Source: Nitrospirota bacterium (lineage in GTDB: Bacteria > Nitrospirota > UBA9217). Taken from it: a stretch of DNA of 64,000 nucleotides. The position numbers and the translations under genes were made by a program. The notes under the pieces were generated by a model. That model had not been told where the DNA came from, made no database searches, and saw only the letters and a program-made list of their open reading frames with translations. Shown here piece after piece: positions 40,661 through 50,639 of the stretch (position 1 is the stretch's first letter; every line of letters begins with the position of its first letter). The DNA lies in NCBI GenBank assembly GCA_963845065.1, contig CAWJQQ010000009.1, positions 288,001 to 352,000 on the forward strand, given 5' to 3'.

Positions 40661-41597
40661 CCTTGTTTCTCCGTTTCAGCCATCCATTTCTGTATCAGGA
40701 AAGTCGGCTTTCCGCCGATCATTTTTGTGGCCATTGCGTATGCGTAATGGGTCTTTGCTGACTGCTCTACGGTACGCACGATTTCCTGTTCCTCGATAAG
40801 GGTCAGTTTCGCCATCCTCTCCGCCAGTTCCGTACGGATGTCGCGGTTCGGTTCAGTGAGGATCTGCATGGTCGGTCCCGCGCATCCCGTGCAGGCCACC
40901 CCGTTGTTCGGGCAGGGCGCCAGGCAACGATCAAGAGAGACCGACCCGAGACAGAGATAGCCTTGGCTGAGGAAGCACGCATCAGGCTTTGGCGTCCCTT
41001 CATGGTTTTTCCTGACGTGGCTTATAGTTGTTTTGACCATGGTGCGTTTGCACCTTCCGCACACGGATTCGTCCTTCGACTTCGGCATCCGGTTTTGGAG
41101 CAACGCCAGAAGGGCATCGAAAATAAACGTTGGGTGGGGGGACAGCCGGGCAGGTATAGATCCGCCTTGATCACCTCATCAAGAGGTGTCACCATTTTTT
41201 CAAGAGGAGATACCGCACCGTGAGGCACCGTTTTCGTAACGGTGGTGCGGTTTTTTAGGAATACGGCTTCCAAAATCTCCTCGCGGGAGTGCGCGAGCGC
41301 GGCCCCCGGCAATCCGCCGTACACTGCACACGTCCCGAGGGCGATGATTAAACGGCAGGCCTTTCTCATCTCCTGCGCCGCATGCCGGTCATGCTCCGTG
41401 CGAATAGCCCCGCTGATAATGCCGACATCTGCCTGCGGATAAGACTTAACGTCGGTGAGCACAGGACAATGCAGAATTTCCGCAGCGCCGAGGACATCAA
41501 GTATCTTCTCATGCAGATCGACGATCGCCACGTGACATCCTCCGCAGTCGCTCAGCCACTCGGTATTGATTTTTAGTTTGCCTCGCTCCATAGCCAC
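40657..41597 (-). pseudogene. [NiFe]-hydrogenase small subunit (MvhG/VhuG type) with a 1-nt frameshift at a C6 run
   Basis: DCGGC, GTCA, PGCPP in the first ORF; VC..C.R, CFLSQG..CLG, C.A.CP, CTGC.G in the second. Adding one C at 41136-41141 gives PGCPPHPTFIFDALLALLQNR. Confidence 0.85.
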
Positions 41598-41654
41598 TGA
41601 TCACTCCTTCATAGATACGCCTTGCGGCAACCTTCATCCCTTTGACGCCTGTAG

Positions 41655-42161
41655 TCAGTTCATCTTTATCCGCAACCTCTTGAGACAAGCGTTCTGCCCT
41701 GCATGAAGCACTTCCAGCTCCGCCTTTTTCCCCGTGATCGACTCGATAGCGCCTGAAAAAAAACCATACATCATACGGCAGAGCGATCCCTTCTGCTGGT
41801 GCCCGAAGCAGAAGAGCGACTGTCTGATCATGCAATCCTTGAATACGAGGAAGATGTTTAATTCTCCTGGTTCAACTTTCAGGCGTTTCTTAGCTTCCCC
41901 TTGGGGCTCCAGGATACTAAAATCCCAATGGCAGTTATTTTCGTGGAGAATGCGCCGGACCTCTTCAAGAGCTTCCAGTACATTCTCCGTTTTCTTTGCT
42001 TTAGCGGCGAATTGCACACCGAGTTTCATGCCTCCTACACGCGCCATTCCGTGCGCTCCGAGTCCCATGGTCTGTTCCATGCCATACGCAAGAGCAGCCG
42101 TAAAATTCATGGTTTCCTGCAGCATGTTTCTCTTTATGGTAATATCATCCGTCTGATCCAT
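41655..42161 (-). CDS. V4R-domain protein
   Basis: DCMIRQ...GH....SLC..MYGFFSG.......G...C motif; RBS GGAGG before ATG 42161. Confidence 0.75.
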   Translation of the reverse strand: MDQTDDITIKRNMLQETMNFTAALAYGMEQTMGLGAHGMARVGGMKLGVQFAAKAKKTENVLEALEEVRRILHENNCHWDFSILEPQGEAKKRLKVEPGELNIFLVFKDCMIRQSLFCFGHQQKGSLCRMMYGFFSGAIESITGKKAELEVLHAGQNACLKRLRIKMN

Positions 42162-42488
42162 TAACCATACCTCCCTAAACCAATTGCCTCTTAGACCTAA
42201 GCCTGATTCGTTCGCCTCCTTGCAGGCCATCTCACAGCGCACTCTATGTGGTAATGATATTCATGTTGTGGAAATGATTTACATATTTTTTTTATCGCAG
42301 CTCAAACTGTTATTTATTGTAAATTGCAAATTGTCGCATAATTGTCGCATAATGAGATGAAGCAGTTGGAACAGGTTTCTTTAAGATTTCCACCATTTAC
42401 CTTGCTCATTTGCGATCCTTGAGGTCGTTTGTAATTTAAATGCAGTAAATACCAAACTTTGCATCGCCTCAATATATATATAATATTC

Positions 42489-42504
42489 TGCATTATATGT
42501 GCCA
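42489..42504 (-). promoter_or_regulatory. Possible sigma54 promoter for the hydrogenase operon
   Basis: Minus strand TGGCACATATAATGCA (GG-N10-GC). Confidence 0.45.
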
Positions 42505-42785
42505 CGATGGAATAAATACCATGTAGGTCAGCACTTCAGCTCATGGAGCTTAAATGGGATGGGAAAAGTGCTGCCATTCGATATGGGTTGAATACCCTAA
42601 ATATACCCCGGTCCGGGAATTGCGAATTTAGGCAGGTTGGGACAGACTCCAGTTCGGGTGGCAGTTTCAGGAAAAATCATAAAAACTTTTTTCTAGAATG
42701 TGAATAGTACCTTTACTTATTAGAGTGAAAATACTAAAATTTTGCAGAGTGAAGTCGCGTTCTCTTGTAGGAAGGTGAAACTTAA

Positions 42786-42986
42786 ATGGACACTAGGAAT
42801 TTAGAAGCGGTCCTTCTTTGGAAACTCTGTCCGACCTGTACCCTTGGGATCGTACGCGAGACTGACGACAAGGTGTTTATGTGCAACCATTCACAGTGCG
42901 GTGCTGTCTTCGACTTCTCTGCCATTCCCGACATGATGATTGCGATGCTACTCCAAAGAGAACAGAACACACCGCCGGGACAGTAG
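42786..42986 (+). CDS. Small putative zinc-ribbon protein
   Basis: CPTC...CNHSQCG; RBS-like GAAGGTG; followed by a terminator. Confidence 0.55.
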   Translation: MDTRNLEAVLLWKLCPTCTLGIVRETDDKVFMCNHSQCGAVFDFSAIPDMMIAMLLQREQNTPPGQ

Positions 42987-43035
42987 AACGACATCGAATA
43001 AATATCCTCGGAATCAATTGTTTATCCTCCCCTTA

Positions 43036-43066
43036 TCCCCTTTCTTCCCGGAAAGGGGATTTTTTT
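43036..43066 (+). terminator. Intrinsic terminator
   Basis: ATCCCCTTTC-loop-GAAAGGGGAT followed by a T run, between convergent genes. Confidence 0.7.
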
Positions 43067-44117
43067 ACACTTGGGAGGGCCGCGCACAAAGCTGGCCGCA
43101 GGCCGCGTTGATGTCGCGGCCGCGGCTGTTCCTGACAATAGTCACATACCCATTCATTACCAGCATGTCCCGCATGACAAAGGCACGTTGTTCATCAGGA
43201 CGGTCATAAGAACAGCCAGGGAAAGGGTTAAAGAGCAGAATATTGATCATGCAAGGTAGGCCTTTGAGCATGTCCATAAGCCGTTTTGTGTCCTCAGGGG
43301 AGTCGTTTATGTCCCTGAACAGTACATACTCGATGGTCACGGTCCTATTTGTTTTATCACAGTAATACCGCACTGCCTGCATCAGCCGTTCGATGGGATA
43401 TGTCTTGTTCACCGGCATGATCCGGTCCCTCACTTCATCCGTTGTAGCATTTAGAGATACCGCAAGGCTCACCTCCACACCGTCATTTGCTAGCTTTTCG
43501 ATCATGGGAGCCAGCCCGCAGGTCGATATTGTGACCTTCCGGGGCGAGAACCCCATTCCACTTCGGTCCGTAGCGATCTCGACAAATGATGTAATGGTTT
43601 CGTAATTACTGAGAGGTTCTCCTGTGCCCATGAGAACGATATTCGAGAATGTCCGCCTGCCTGCGATGTGACCGGCAGCATAGACCTGGTTTACGATCTC
43701 TGCAACGGTCAGATTGCGGACCAGACCTCCCGAGCCAGTGAGGCAGAAACCGCAGCCCGATGCACAGCCTACCTGTGTGGAGACGCAGAGCGTGAGCCGG
43801 CCTGGGCCGGGAATAATTACTCCTTCGACGGTATTTTCATCTTCCAAACGATACAGTAGTTTTTCGGTCCCGTCCTCAGAGGTTGTGCATTTTTTAACCG
43901 CGAGCTGTGATATTCTGCTATGCCTTTTGAGCTGCTCGCGGAATGGACGGTTCAAGTCGCTCATTGCGTCGAACTCTTCCGTCATCCGACGGTAAAGCCA
44001 GACCGAAACGCGGGTTCCCTGGCCAGACCTCTGGCCGAGCACAGAAGCGCAGAAGCGATCGATCTCTCGCGGAGTGAGAGATTTAAGGTCAATTATTGCA
44101 CGGGAAGTTTGATCCAT
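43065..44117 (-). CDS. rlmN: 23S rRNA (A2503) C2-methyltransferase, radical SAM
   Basis: CVSTQVGCASGCGFC, MGTGEPL, SLNA, EYVL, DINAACGQL. Confidence 0.93.
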   Translation of the reverse strand: MDQTSRAIIDLKSLTPREIDRFCASVLGQRSGQGTRVSVWLYRRMTEEFDAMSDLNRPFREQLKRHSRISQLAVKKCTTSEDGTEKLLYRLEDENTVEGVIIPGPGRLTLCVSTQVGCASGCGFCLTGSGGLVRNLTVAEIVNQVYAAGHIAGRRTFSNIVLMGTGEPLSNYETITSFVEIATDRSGMGFSPRKVTISTCGLAPMIEKLANDGVEVSLAVSLNATTDEVRDRIMPVNKTYPIERLMQAVRYYCDKTNRTVTIEYVLFRDINDSPEDTKRLMDMLKGLPCMINILLFNPFPGCSYDRPDEQRAFVMRDMLVMNGYVTIVRNSRGRDINAACGQLCARPSQV

Positions 44118-44270
44118 GGGAAAAACAGCAGCCGTCTGTGATTATTGCTTTTGTCTGATTTTTGTTGTTAGATACCGAAGTTTTAATATTAATACCTGCA
44201 CGTGGACATTGCAAGCGGTTTGTGTGGAAAGGCATTGACAGTCTTGTTGTTAGCATGCTATGTATTATTT

Positions 44271-44717
44271 ATGATAGCTTTGCTCCAGCGGGTGTCATCA
44301 GCTGCCGTTACAATTGACGGCCGTATCCTCGACGAAATCCGAAGAGGGCTGCTCGTATTTCTGTGCGCAGTGAAAGGAGATGCGGCGCAAGACCTCGACT
44401 ATCTCGTAAAAAAAGTATTGCAGCTCAGGATATTCGAGGATGCTCATGGGAAAATGAACCTTTCGGTCAGTGATGTCCGCGGGGCTGTCCTTGTGGTATC
44501 GCAGTTTACACTGGCAGCATCAATTCGCAAGGGCAATCGCCCATCATTCGATAACGCAGAAACGCCGGAACTGGCAAAAGTATGGTATGATCTTTTCATC
44601 AAACATCTTGAGAACGCAGGGCTCACAATAAAGACCGGCGCTTTCGGAGCTATGATGGATGTTTCGCTCGTCAATGACGGTCCAGTAACGATATGGGTAG
44701 ACTCTCGAAGATCATGA
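44271..44717 (+). CDS. dtd: D-aminoacyl-tRNA deacylase
   Basis: LQRV, LRIFED..GKMN, SQFTL, GNRPSF, NDGPVT. Confidence 0.96.
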   Translation: MIALLQRVSSAAVTIDGRILDEIRRGLLVFLCAVKGDAAQDLDYLVKKVLQLRIFEDAHGKMNLSVSDVRGAVLVVSQFTLAASIRKGNRPSFDNAETPELAKVWYDLFIKHLENAGLTIKTGAFGAMMDVSLVNDGPVTIWVDSRRS

Positions 44718-44820
44718 GATCGCGCCTCCTTTTTTCCATCGTAATGTCCGGCAGGTAGCTGAAAACCAACGAAAAACTTCCTTGACAATCATGGCCGTAC
44801 TCTTTATATTACTCACTCGT

Positions 44821-44907
44821 GCCGAAGTGGTGGAACTGGTAGACGCGCTGCGTTCAGGGCGCAGTGGGAGCAATCCTGTGGGGGTTCGAGTCCCCCCTTC
44901 GGCACCA
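44821..44907 (+). tRNA. tRNA-Leu (anticodon CAG)
   Basis: GCCGAAG/CTTCGGC acceptor stem, CTGCG-TTCAGGG-CGCAG anticodon arm, long variable arm, GGTTCGAGTCC, encoded CCA. Confidence 0.97.
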
Positions 44908-45023
44908 TCTTACATGAAAACTATTCGCAAATTGCGCAACCTCAAGCCATAGCAGACAGCCGCATCCTGAATGGAATTAATCTGGATGTCTGTGCGTTAG
45001 CGGGCTCTACGGGAGATCTTCCC

Positions 45024-45752
45024 ATGAAAATAAATCTCATCATATTCCTCCTCGTGCTTCTAGCCGGATGCTCTTCGTTATCACCTCCTTACGATGCCGT
45101 ACGTACGTTTAGCGATGCTGAACAGAGCATGCGCAATGAGGATTATGAAAAGGCCCGTAAAGACTATCAGCAAATTCAAGAGAAGTCTCCGGACAAAAGC
45201 TACGATGCCCTCATCATGCTTCGTATCGCAGATACGTACTATGGGGAAGAAAAATACAGCGAAGCGCTTGTCGAGTACCAGAATTTCTTGAACTACCACC
45301 CAGTGCACAAAGACTCCCCCTATGTACAATATCAGATCGCGATGTGCAGCTACAAAGAACTGACTTCAATTGACCGTGACCCGACACCGGCCCACATGGT
45401 TATCAGGGAAATGACAAAACTTCTCGAAAAGTATCCCAATAGCGGGTACGAAGATCAGGCCAAACTATACATCGCTATCTGCCGGGAATGGATCGCAGAC
45501 TATGAACTTTACGTTGCACGCTTCTATTACAAACTCGATTCATACAAGGCAGCGATCGGAAGATGTGAGAATCTGTTGAAGGATTACCCGGGAACTTCCG
45601 CCGAGAAAGACGCTTTGTACTATGCGGGACTGTCATACATACAACTCGGTGAACGAGACCAGGCCCGCACCAAACTCGAAACCCTTGAGCAGAAATATCC
45701 TGCCATGAAGAGAACTGCCCTGGCCCTTCTCCGTAAGCTCCCGACGCCATGA
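45024..45752 (+). CDS. bamD: Outer membrane protein assembly factor BamD
   Basis: Lipobox LAGC, TPR repeats, DRD.T, YP.S.Y, VARFY, YP.T motifs. Confidence 0.9.
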   Translation: MKINLIIFLLVLLAGCSSLSPPYDAVRTFSDAEQSMRNEDYEKARKDYQQIQEKSPDKSYDALIMLRIADTYYGEEKYSEALVEYQNFLNYHPVHKDSPYVQYQIAMCSYKELTSIDRDPTPAHMVIREMTKLLEKYPNSGYEDQAKLYIAICREWIADYELYVARFYYKLDSYKAAIGRCENLLKDYPGTSAEKDALYYAGLSYIQLGERDQARTKLETLEQKYPAMKRTALALLRKLPTP

Positions 45753-46393
45753 GGTACTACCCCGCCTATCTGGATATGAGGGGCCGCCCTTGTCTGGTCA
45801 TTGGCGGGGGAACTGTAGCGGAACGCAAAACACTGACCCTCCTTGAAGCGGGGGCAGATATTACGATCGTGAGCCCTACACTCACGTTAAAACTTCAAGA
45901 ACTCTCCCTGTCGGGAAAGATTACTCACCGTAAAAAAAAATTCGAAGAAAAAGACCTTTCCGGCGAGTTCCTCGTGATAGCGGCTACCGATTCCCCGGAC
46001 TTGAACAGCATTGCCGCGCAGGCCTGCAAAATAAAACATATCCTAGTGAATGTTGTTGTTCCGCCAGATGAGAGCAGCTTCATCGTCCCCTCGGTGGTCG
46101 AGCGGGGTGATCTTCTGATTGCTGTGTCGACGGGTGGAATTAGCCCGGCGCTTGCTAAGAAAATCCGGCAGGAGATCGAAGCGCACTATGGGGCGGAATA
46201 CACACTGTTTCTCGAAAGGCTGGCAACGGTCCGGAAGCGGGTCCTTGACGAAGTGCCAGACGAGCAGAATAGGAGAGCGATTTTTCAGGCCATCGTAGAT
46301 TCCGACGTGATCGATCTAGTGAAACAGGGAAAAATGCACGAAGCAGACGTGCGGATTGCGGAGATTTCTCGATTAAAGCATCTGGGCGGTTGA
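45749..46393 (+). CDS. Precorrin-2 dehydrogenase/sirohydrochlorin ferrochelatase (SirC or CysG N-terminal type)
   Basis: YYP.YL, VIGGGTVAERK, AATD, F.VPSV..RG.L.IAVSTGG.SP.LA. Confidence 0.92.
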   Translation: MRYYPAYLDMRGRPCLVIGGGTVAERKTLTLLEAGADITIVSPTLTLKLQELSLSGKITHRKKKFEEKDLSGEFLVIAATDSPDLNSIAAQACKIKHILVNVVVPPDESSFIVPSVVERGDLLIAVSTGGISPALAKKIRQEIEAHYGAEYTLFLERLATVRKRVLDEVPDEQNRRAIFQAIVDSDVIDLVKQGKMHEADVRIAEISRLKHLGG

Positions 46394-46496
46394 ATCCCCG
46401 AAATTGCAATGCGACAAAGACGCGGGGGGCATATGCCGAGTTCGTTCGTGACCGGCTGCAGTCCCAAAGGCAAATGTGATGCGCGTCCTAAAGCGG

Positions 46497-46961
46497 TTAT
46501 CCGGGGTGAACATGTTGTTGTAAGGTGCGGTCGATCCAGTTTTCCAGCTCGGTACTTTGCGCTGGAGCTCCGTCGAAGCGCGCGAGCTGGTGGCCATTTC
46601 GATAGAGAATAAAAGTGGGTGTGGCCTTGATCATAAAACGCCGTGCAAGGACCGGCTCGGAGTCCACGTCAACCTTGATGATCTTTAGCCGGCCGGCCCT
46701 TTTCATCGCAAGCGAATTGATATATGGTTCGATCGTACGGCAATACCCGCACCATTTGGCCCAGAATTCCGCAACAATGACTTCCGGCCAGTCCTTGACC
46801 TGCTGCTCGTAACTCGCTTCTGTCACGTTGATGGGCGCATGAGGCACCTCAAGGGGAGCTTTGCACTGACCGCATATCGGATGGCTGTCGAGTTTGCCCT
46901 CGGGTATGCGGTTCAGCGTTTTGCAGGCTTTGCATCGTACAATGGTGGAAATATTCGGCAT
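46497..46961 (-). CDS. trxC: Thioredoxin with N-terminal Zn finger (TrxC-like)
   Basis: CKAC..NR...CGQC; active site WAKWCGYC. Confidence 0.85.
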   Translation of the reverse strand: MPNISTIVRCKACKTLNRIPEGKLDSHPICGQCKAPLEVPHAPINVTEASYEQQVKDWPEVIVAEFWAKWCGYCRTIEPYINSLAMKRAGRLKIIKVDVDSEPVLARRFMIKATPTFILYRNGHQLARFDGAPAQSTELENWIDRTLQQHVHPG

Positions 46962-47142
46962 TAAGTGCCTCTATTCTCCTTTGTGGCATCATAACACAGT
47001 ATAGTATAGCGTATTTCTTCGGATTCATTTGACTGCTGGTGCGTTGTTTCTCACCCACACCGGCCGTCCCAGTCTGGGATCCTCCGATAAACTCATTTCC
47101 CATTTATTCTTTCATCACGGGAGATGATGGCTATCGTTTTTC

Positions 47143-47550
47143 CTAGGGTTCTGCGGTAATCGTGATTTTTCTGGCCTTCGCCGTAGCTGCCTTGGGCATG
47201 ACCAGCCGCAATATCCCGTTTTTCATTGTTGCATGGATCCGTTCTTTGTCCACTTCGTCGGACAGGGTGAAGGCGCGCTGGTAGTCGCCGATGCCATATT
47301 CCGAATAAGCCAAGCGGTACGGCTCGGGCACTTCCGACTCGACCCGCCCGTTGATGGTCAGCACATTCTTCTCGAGACTAATGTCGAGCGATTTCTCGTC
47401 CACACCCGGCAGATCAGCTGTCACTACGATCTCGTCCTTTCGCTCCAGGATATCGACGTTCGGCGTATACACTTTATGTGGCCGCATGCGCTCCACACCT
47501 TCAGGCGTGCCGGCTTCTTTCTTCGTTATTTCCCTCGGTGATTCTGTCAT
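47143..47550 (-). CDS. Hsp20/alpha-crystallin small heat-shock protein
   Basis: P.VDI.E, ADLPGV, YQRAF.L, NGILRL.MPK. Confidence 0.93.
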   Translation of the reverse strand: MTESPREITKKEAGTPEGVERMRPHKVYTPNVDILERKDEIVVTADLPGVDEKSLDISLEKNVLTINGRVESEVPEPYRLAYSEYGIGDYQRAFTLSDEVDKERIHATMKNGILRLVMPKAATAKARKITITAEP

Positions 47551-47569
47551 GGTCTAGCCTCCTTTGTCT

Positions 47570-47998
47570 CTATTCGAACTTGATTGCAATCTTTCTTGGT
47601 TTGTCTGCTTCCGCACGCGGGACGGTCAAGTGGAGAACGCCCTTATTAAAACGTGCCTCTACTTTCTCGGTATTGATGAGGTAGGGAAGGTCGATTGTCC
47701 TGGTGAATTGGCCGTGCCACCTCTCTTGCCGGTGATAACATTCGTCTTCACACGCATCCTCTAGCTTTCGCGAACCTCGCAAAGTGATTGACTTGCCATT
47801 TACCGAAATATCTACCTCCTCGGCATTAATGCCTGGCAACTCCGATGTGATGATGGCCTTGTCGCTATCGGCCCAGACATTCACTGCCGGAAACTCACTC
47901 GTTGATTGAGCGAGCATCCCTGATGCTGCACGATTTAATCTCTCTATGGTGCGCCACGGATCAAGTAAACCGAACCTGCTGAAATCAGTACTTAACAT
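47570..47998 (-). CDS. Hsp20/alpha-crystallin small heat-shock protein
   Basis: FPAVNV, ELPG, ER..GQF.R...LP, GVL.L.VP. Confidence 0.93.
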   Translation of the reverse strand: MLSTDFSRFGLLDPWRTIERLNRAASGMLAQSTSEFPAVNVWADSDKAIITSELPGINAEEVDISVNGKSITLRGSRKLEDACEDECYHRQERWHGQFTRTIDLPYLINTEKVEARFNKGVLHLTVPRAEADKPRKIAIKFE

Positions 47999-48040
47999 GC
48001 GCTGCCCTCCTTGTGATAGGATATTAGATTAGGACTTAAA

Positions 48041-48067
48041 TTAGCACTCTAAGTGCTAGAGTGCTAA
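48041..48067. promoter_or_regulatory. CIRCE element (HrcA operator) upstream of the hsp20 pair
   Basis: Perfect TTAGCACTC-N9-GAGTGCTAA; minus-strand TTGACA...TACATT promoter at about 48074-48101. Confidence 0.95.
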
Positions 48068-48556
48068 TGTTTAAATGTACCTCAAAAAATAAAAATGTCA
48101 AGTTAATGACACAATAAAACAGATATTTTTTTAAGTGTATGTTAATATAAATAAAAATGTTCGTTAAATAATTTGTGATATGTTTTAGCAAGTAAAATTG
48201 TGTTTTATTAAATTAACAATCTATCAGTTTTTATCTTAAACAACCGCTGCAGGCCCCTTTTTCACATATCGTTGGACCAGCGGATGCCTGTAATTCTTTT
48301 TTTATTTTTCTTTGTAGGATTCACCTGTGCCTCATATTTCGGGAAAAGCAGTCGATCGTATCGACCAGTCATGGTCGCGCTAGATTTCCCACCTGCGACC
48401 AAATAGCTGCATACCTTCAACAGACTCGTTCTGAAGGTCAAGAATACTTTTGCCCTATACCTGTTTGATTAAATAGGTGGTACATTAAAATTAGAAGTGA
48501 AATAGTGGCATCAAAGTAGAAGACGGATATATTAGTTTAGAAGGAGGTGCACCTTT

Positions 48557-49000
48557 ATGATAGTACGTACTTCGGAAGCCCTGTGGGAAGGGAACCTTAA
48601 AAAAGGAAAAGGAACGATAAAGCTAGGTAGTGGGAGTTTAGGAGGGAGCTATTCTTTCGGCTCCCGTTTCGAGCACGCTTCAGGCACGAACCCTGAAGAA
48701 TTGATCGGTGCTGCACACGCAGGATGCTTCAATATGGCCTTTGCGATGTTGCTGGAGCAAAAAGGGTATACGGTCAACCGCATACGCACCGTAGCGAAGG
48801 TATCTATTGATAAGGTCGGTGAGGGGTACAAGATCCCGACTATCGAGCTTGATATGGAGTGCGATGTGATGGGTATCGATGAGAAGACGTGCATGGACAT
48901 TGCAGAATTAGCCAAGAGAAACTGTCCTGTATCGCTTGCCCTGTCTGGTGTAGACATCAAACTTATACCTAAGCTCGTAAAGCGACCAAAGGCTGCATGA
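48557..49000 (+). CDS. osmC: OsmC-family peroxiredoxin
   Basis: A.WEG....GKG, SRFE...GTNPEELIGAAHAGCF, AKRNCPVS. Confidence 0.93.
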   Translation: MIVRTSEALWEGNLKKGKGTIKLGSGSLGGSYSFGSRFEHASGTNPEELIGAAHAGCFNMAFAMLLEQKGYTVNRIRTVAKVSIDKVGEGYKIPTIELDMECDVMGIDEKTCMDIAELAKRNCPVSLALSGVDIKLIPKLVKRPKAA

Positions 49001-49020
49001 GGTGACTAACTTTTCAACTG

Positions 49021-49060
49021 AGAAAGACGTGGAGATCCTTTTCTCCGCGTCTTTCTTTTG
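49021..49060 (+). terminator. Intrinsic terminator after osmC
   Basis: AGAAAGACGTGGAGA-loop-TCTCCGCGTCTTTCTTTT. Confidence 0.8.
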
Positions 49061-49260
49061 CGCTAGGCGGTATATCCCGTTTTATAAATTTTTACTGATC
49101 TTCATTTCATTTTCCTGCCTATTCCTTACTTTACACTTTCTTCATGAATAAACGATATTTATTAAACTTCTCACCAGGAATTGACCTTCCGTAAGGGAGG
49201 TAATGAAAGACAGCATTTTTGACAAGATTTGATCCACGTGCTATCTTTTATAGTATTGCA

Positions 49261-49851
49261 ATGTTAAAAATAAAAACTTATAAATACCGCAGCTATCCTA
49301 CGAAAAAACAGGCATTGATTCTCCCTCAAACGCTTGATGCCTGTCGGATACTCTGTAATTCATGTATCGTAGACAGAAAAAACGCTTTTGAGAAGACCGG
49401 CAAAGGGCTTGCCAGGATACGACAGCAGAAGATCCTTAAGAGCGACAAAAGCAAAATAAATTCCCTTGATGGCATTCACTCTCAAGTCCTGCAGAATGTT
49501 TTGTTTCGCGTTGACCGGTCCTTTCAGAATTTCTTTCGCAGAGTTAAAGACAAGTCCGGGAAAGCCGGTTACCCGCGGTTTAAGGGTATAGGACAGTACG
49601 ACTCTATCCATTATTACAGGCTCCAGGGGTTCCAGATAACGCCGCAGGGTCTTAACCTTTCCAAGATAGGAACCATCAAGGCAAGGCTTCACCGCCCTAT
49701 CGTTGGAGATATCAAAACCTATACGGTTAAAAGAGAACACGACAAATGGTATGCATGCTTCTCCCCGAAATCTACGCCAATTCCCAGAACTGCAGCTGAT
49801 AAGGCCATTGGAATAGAGGAGATTTTTTCTCACCGCATATTCCCTTTTTGA
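49261..49851 (+). pseudogene. Truncated tnpB (N-terminal half only, ends at RuvC-I)
   Basis: KTYKYRSYPT..Q, HSQVLQ, FFRR...GYPRFK, LSKIG, KAIGI then unrelated sequence and a stop. Confidence 0.85.
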
Positions 49852-50015
49852 ATAGGGAAATAGTGCGGGACACTGCATATGCTTTAGCGGTGGGATTATA
49901 TCAATCAGTCTCCATTGTTCATTTTTGCAGTTTCTCGTATGGTAAATGGGACGTATATGCGAATATAACGAAATACCGTTAACGGACGTTTGTGAACCAA
50001 ATGAGGGAGGAACCC

Positions 50016-50579
50016 ATGGAACTTTTTGAGGCTATGAAAACACGAAGAAGCATCCGCCAGTATTCCGACAAACCAGTCGAAGATAATAAGCTCCAGCAAG
50101 TTATCGAGTCTGTTCGTATGGCGCCCTCATGGGCAAACTATCAATGCTGGCGCCTTATCGTAGTGAAGGACAAGGCCATGAAAGAACAGATCAGTGCTCT
50201 ATCTTATGTCGAGTCCTATTTCGCGGCGAAAGGCTACAAGTCGAACCCTTCTATGAAGGCCCTTGCCGAAGCGCCTGTAGTCATTGTCCTGTGTGCCGAG
50301 CCTGGGCAATCGGGTGTCATCTGGGGTCAGAATTACTATCTCGTCGATATTGGGCTCGCGGCCCAGAACATGATGCTGGCGGCAAGAGGCTTGGGATTGG
50401 GAACGGTGTTCGTGGGTGTTTATGACGAGGGAAAACTCAAAAACCTCCTGCATATTCCCTCCGCGATCAGGATCGTCGGACTCTTCCCGCTGGGATATCC
50501 CGTAGAAGATAAAAAAGTCGGTCCCCCAAGAAAGCCACTGCAGGAGATCTGTTATTATGAGCACTGGGAAGGGAAGTGA
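50016..50579 (+). CDS. Nitroreductase-family protein
   Basis: RRSIRQY, APSWAN.Q.W, QNMMLAA..LGLG, LGYP; RBS GGAGG. Confidence 0.93.
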   Translation: MELFEAMKTRRSIRQYSDKPVEDNKLQQVIESVRMAPSWANYQCWRLIVVKDKAMKEQISALSYVESYFAAKGYKSNPSMKALAEAPVVIVLCAEPGQSGVIWGQNYYLVDIGLAAQNMMLAARGLGLGTVFVGVYDEGKLKNLLHIPSAIRIVGLFPLGYPVEDKKVGPPRKPLQEICYYEHWEGK

Positions 50580-50639
50580 TACCAAAGGTGAGCAGCAAAA
50601 GATGCTGAGACCATCATTACCTCATGAGGGGGGTGAAGC

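Noticed and set aside
39692..40747. 351-aa ORF on the + strand, and other long antisense ORFs
   Set aside because: Shadow frames of well-supported genes, with no motifs.
44821..44930. tRNA-Leu as an island integration site
   Set aside because: No integrase nearby and no duplicated tRNA 3' end seen in the window.
49089..49100. TTTTACTGATC as a self-target of the copy-2 TnpB guide
   Set aside because: Only 5 nt match after the putative TAM; expected by chance.
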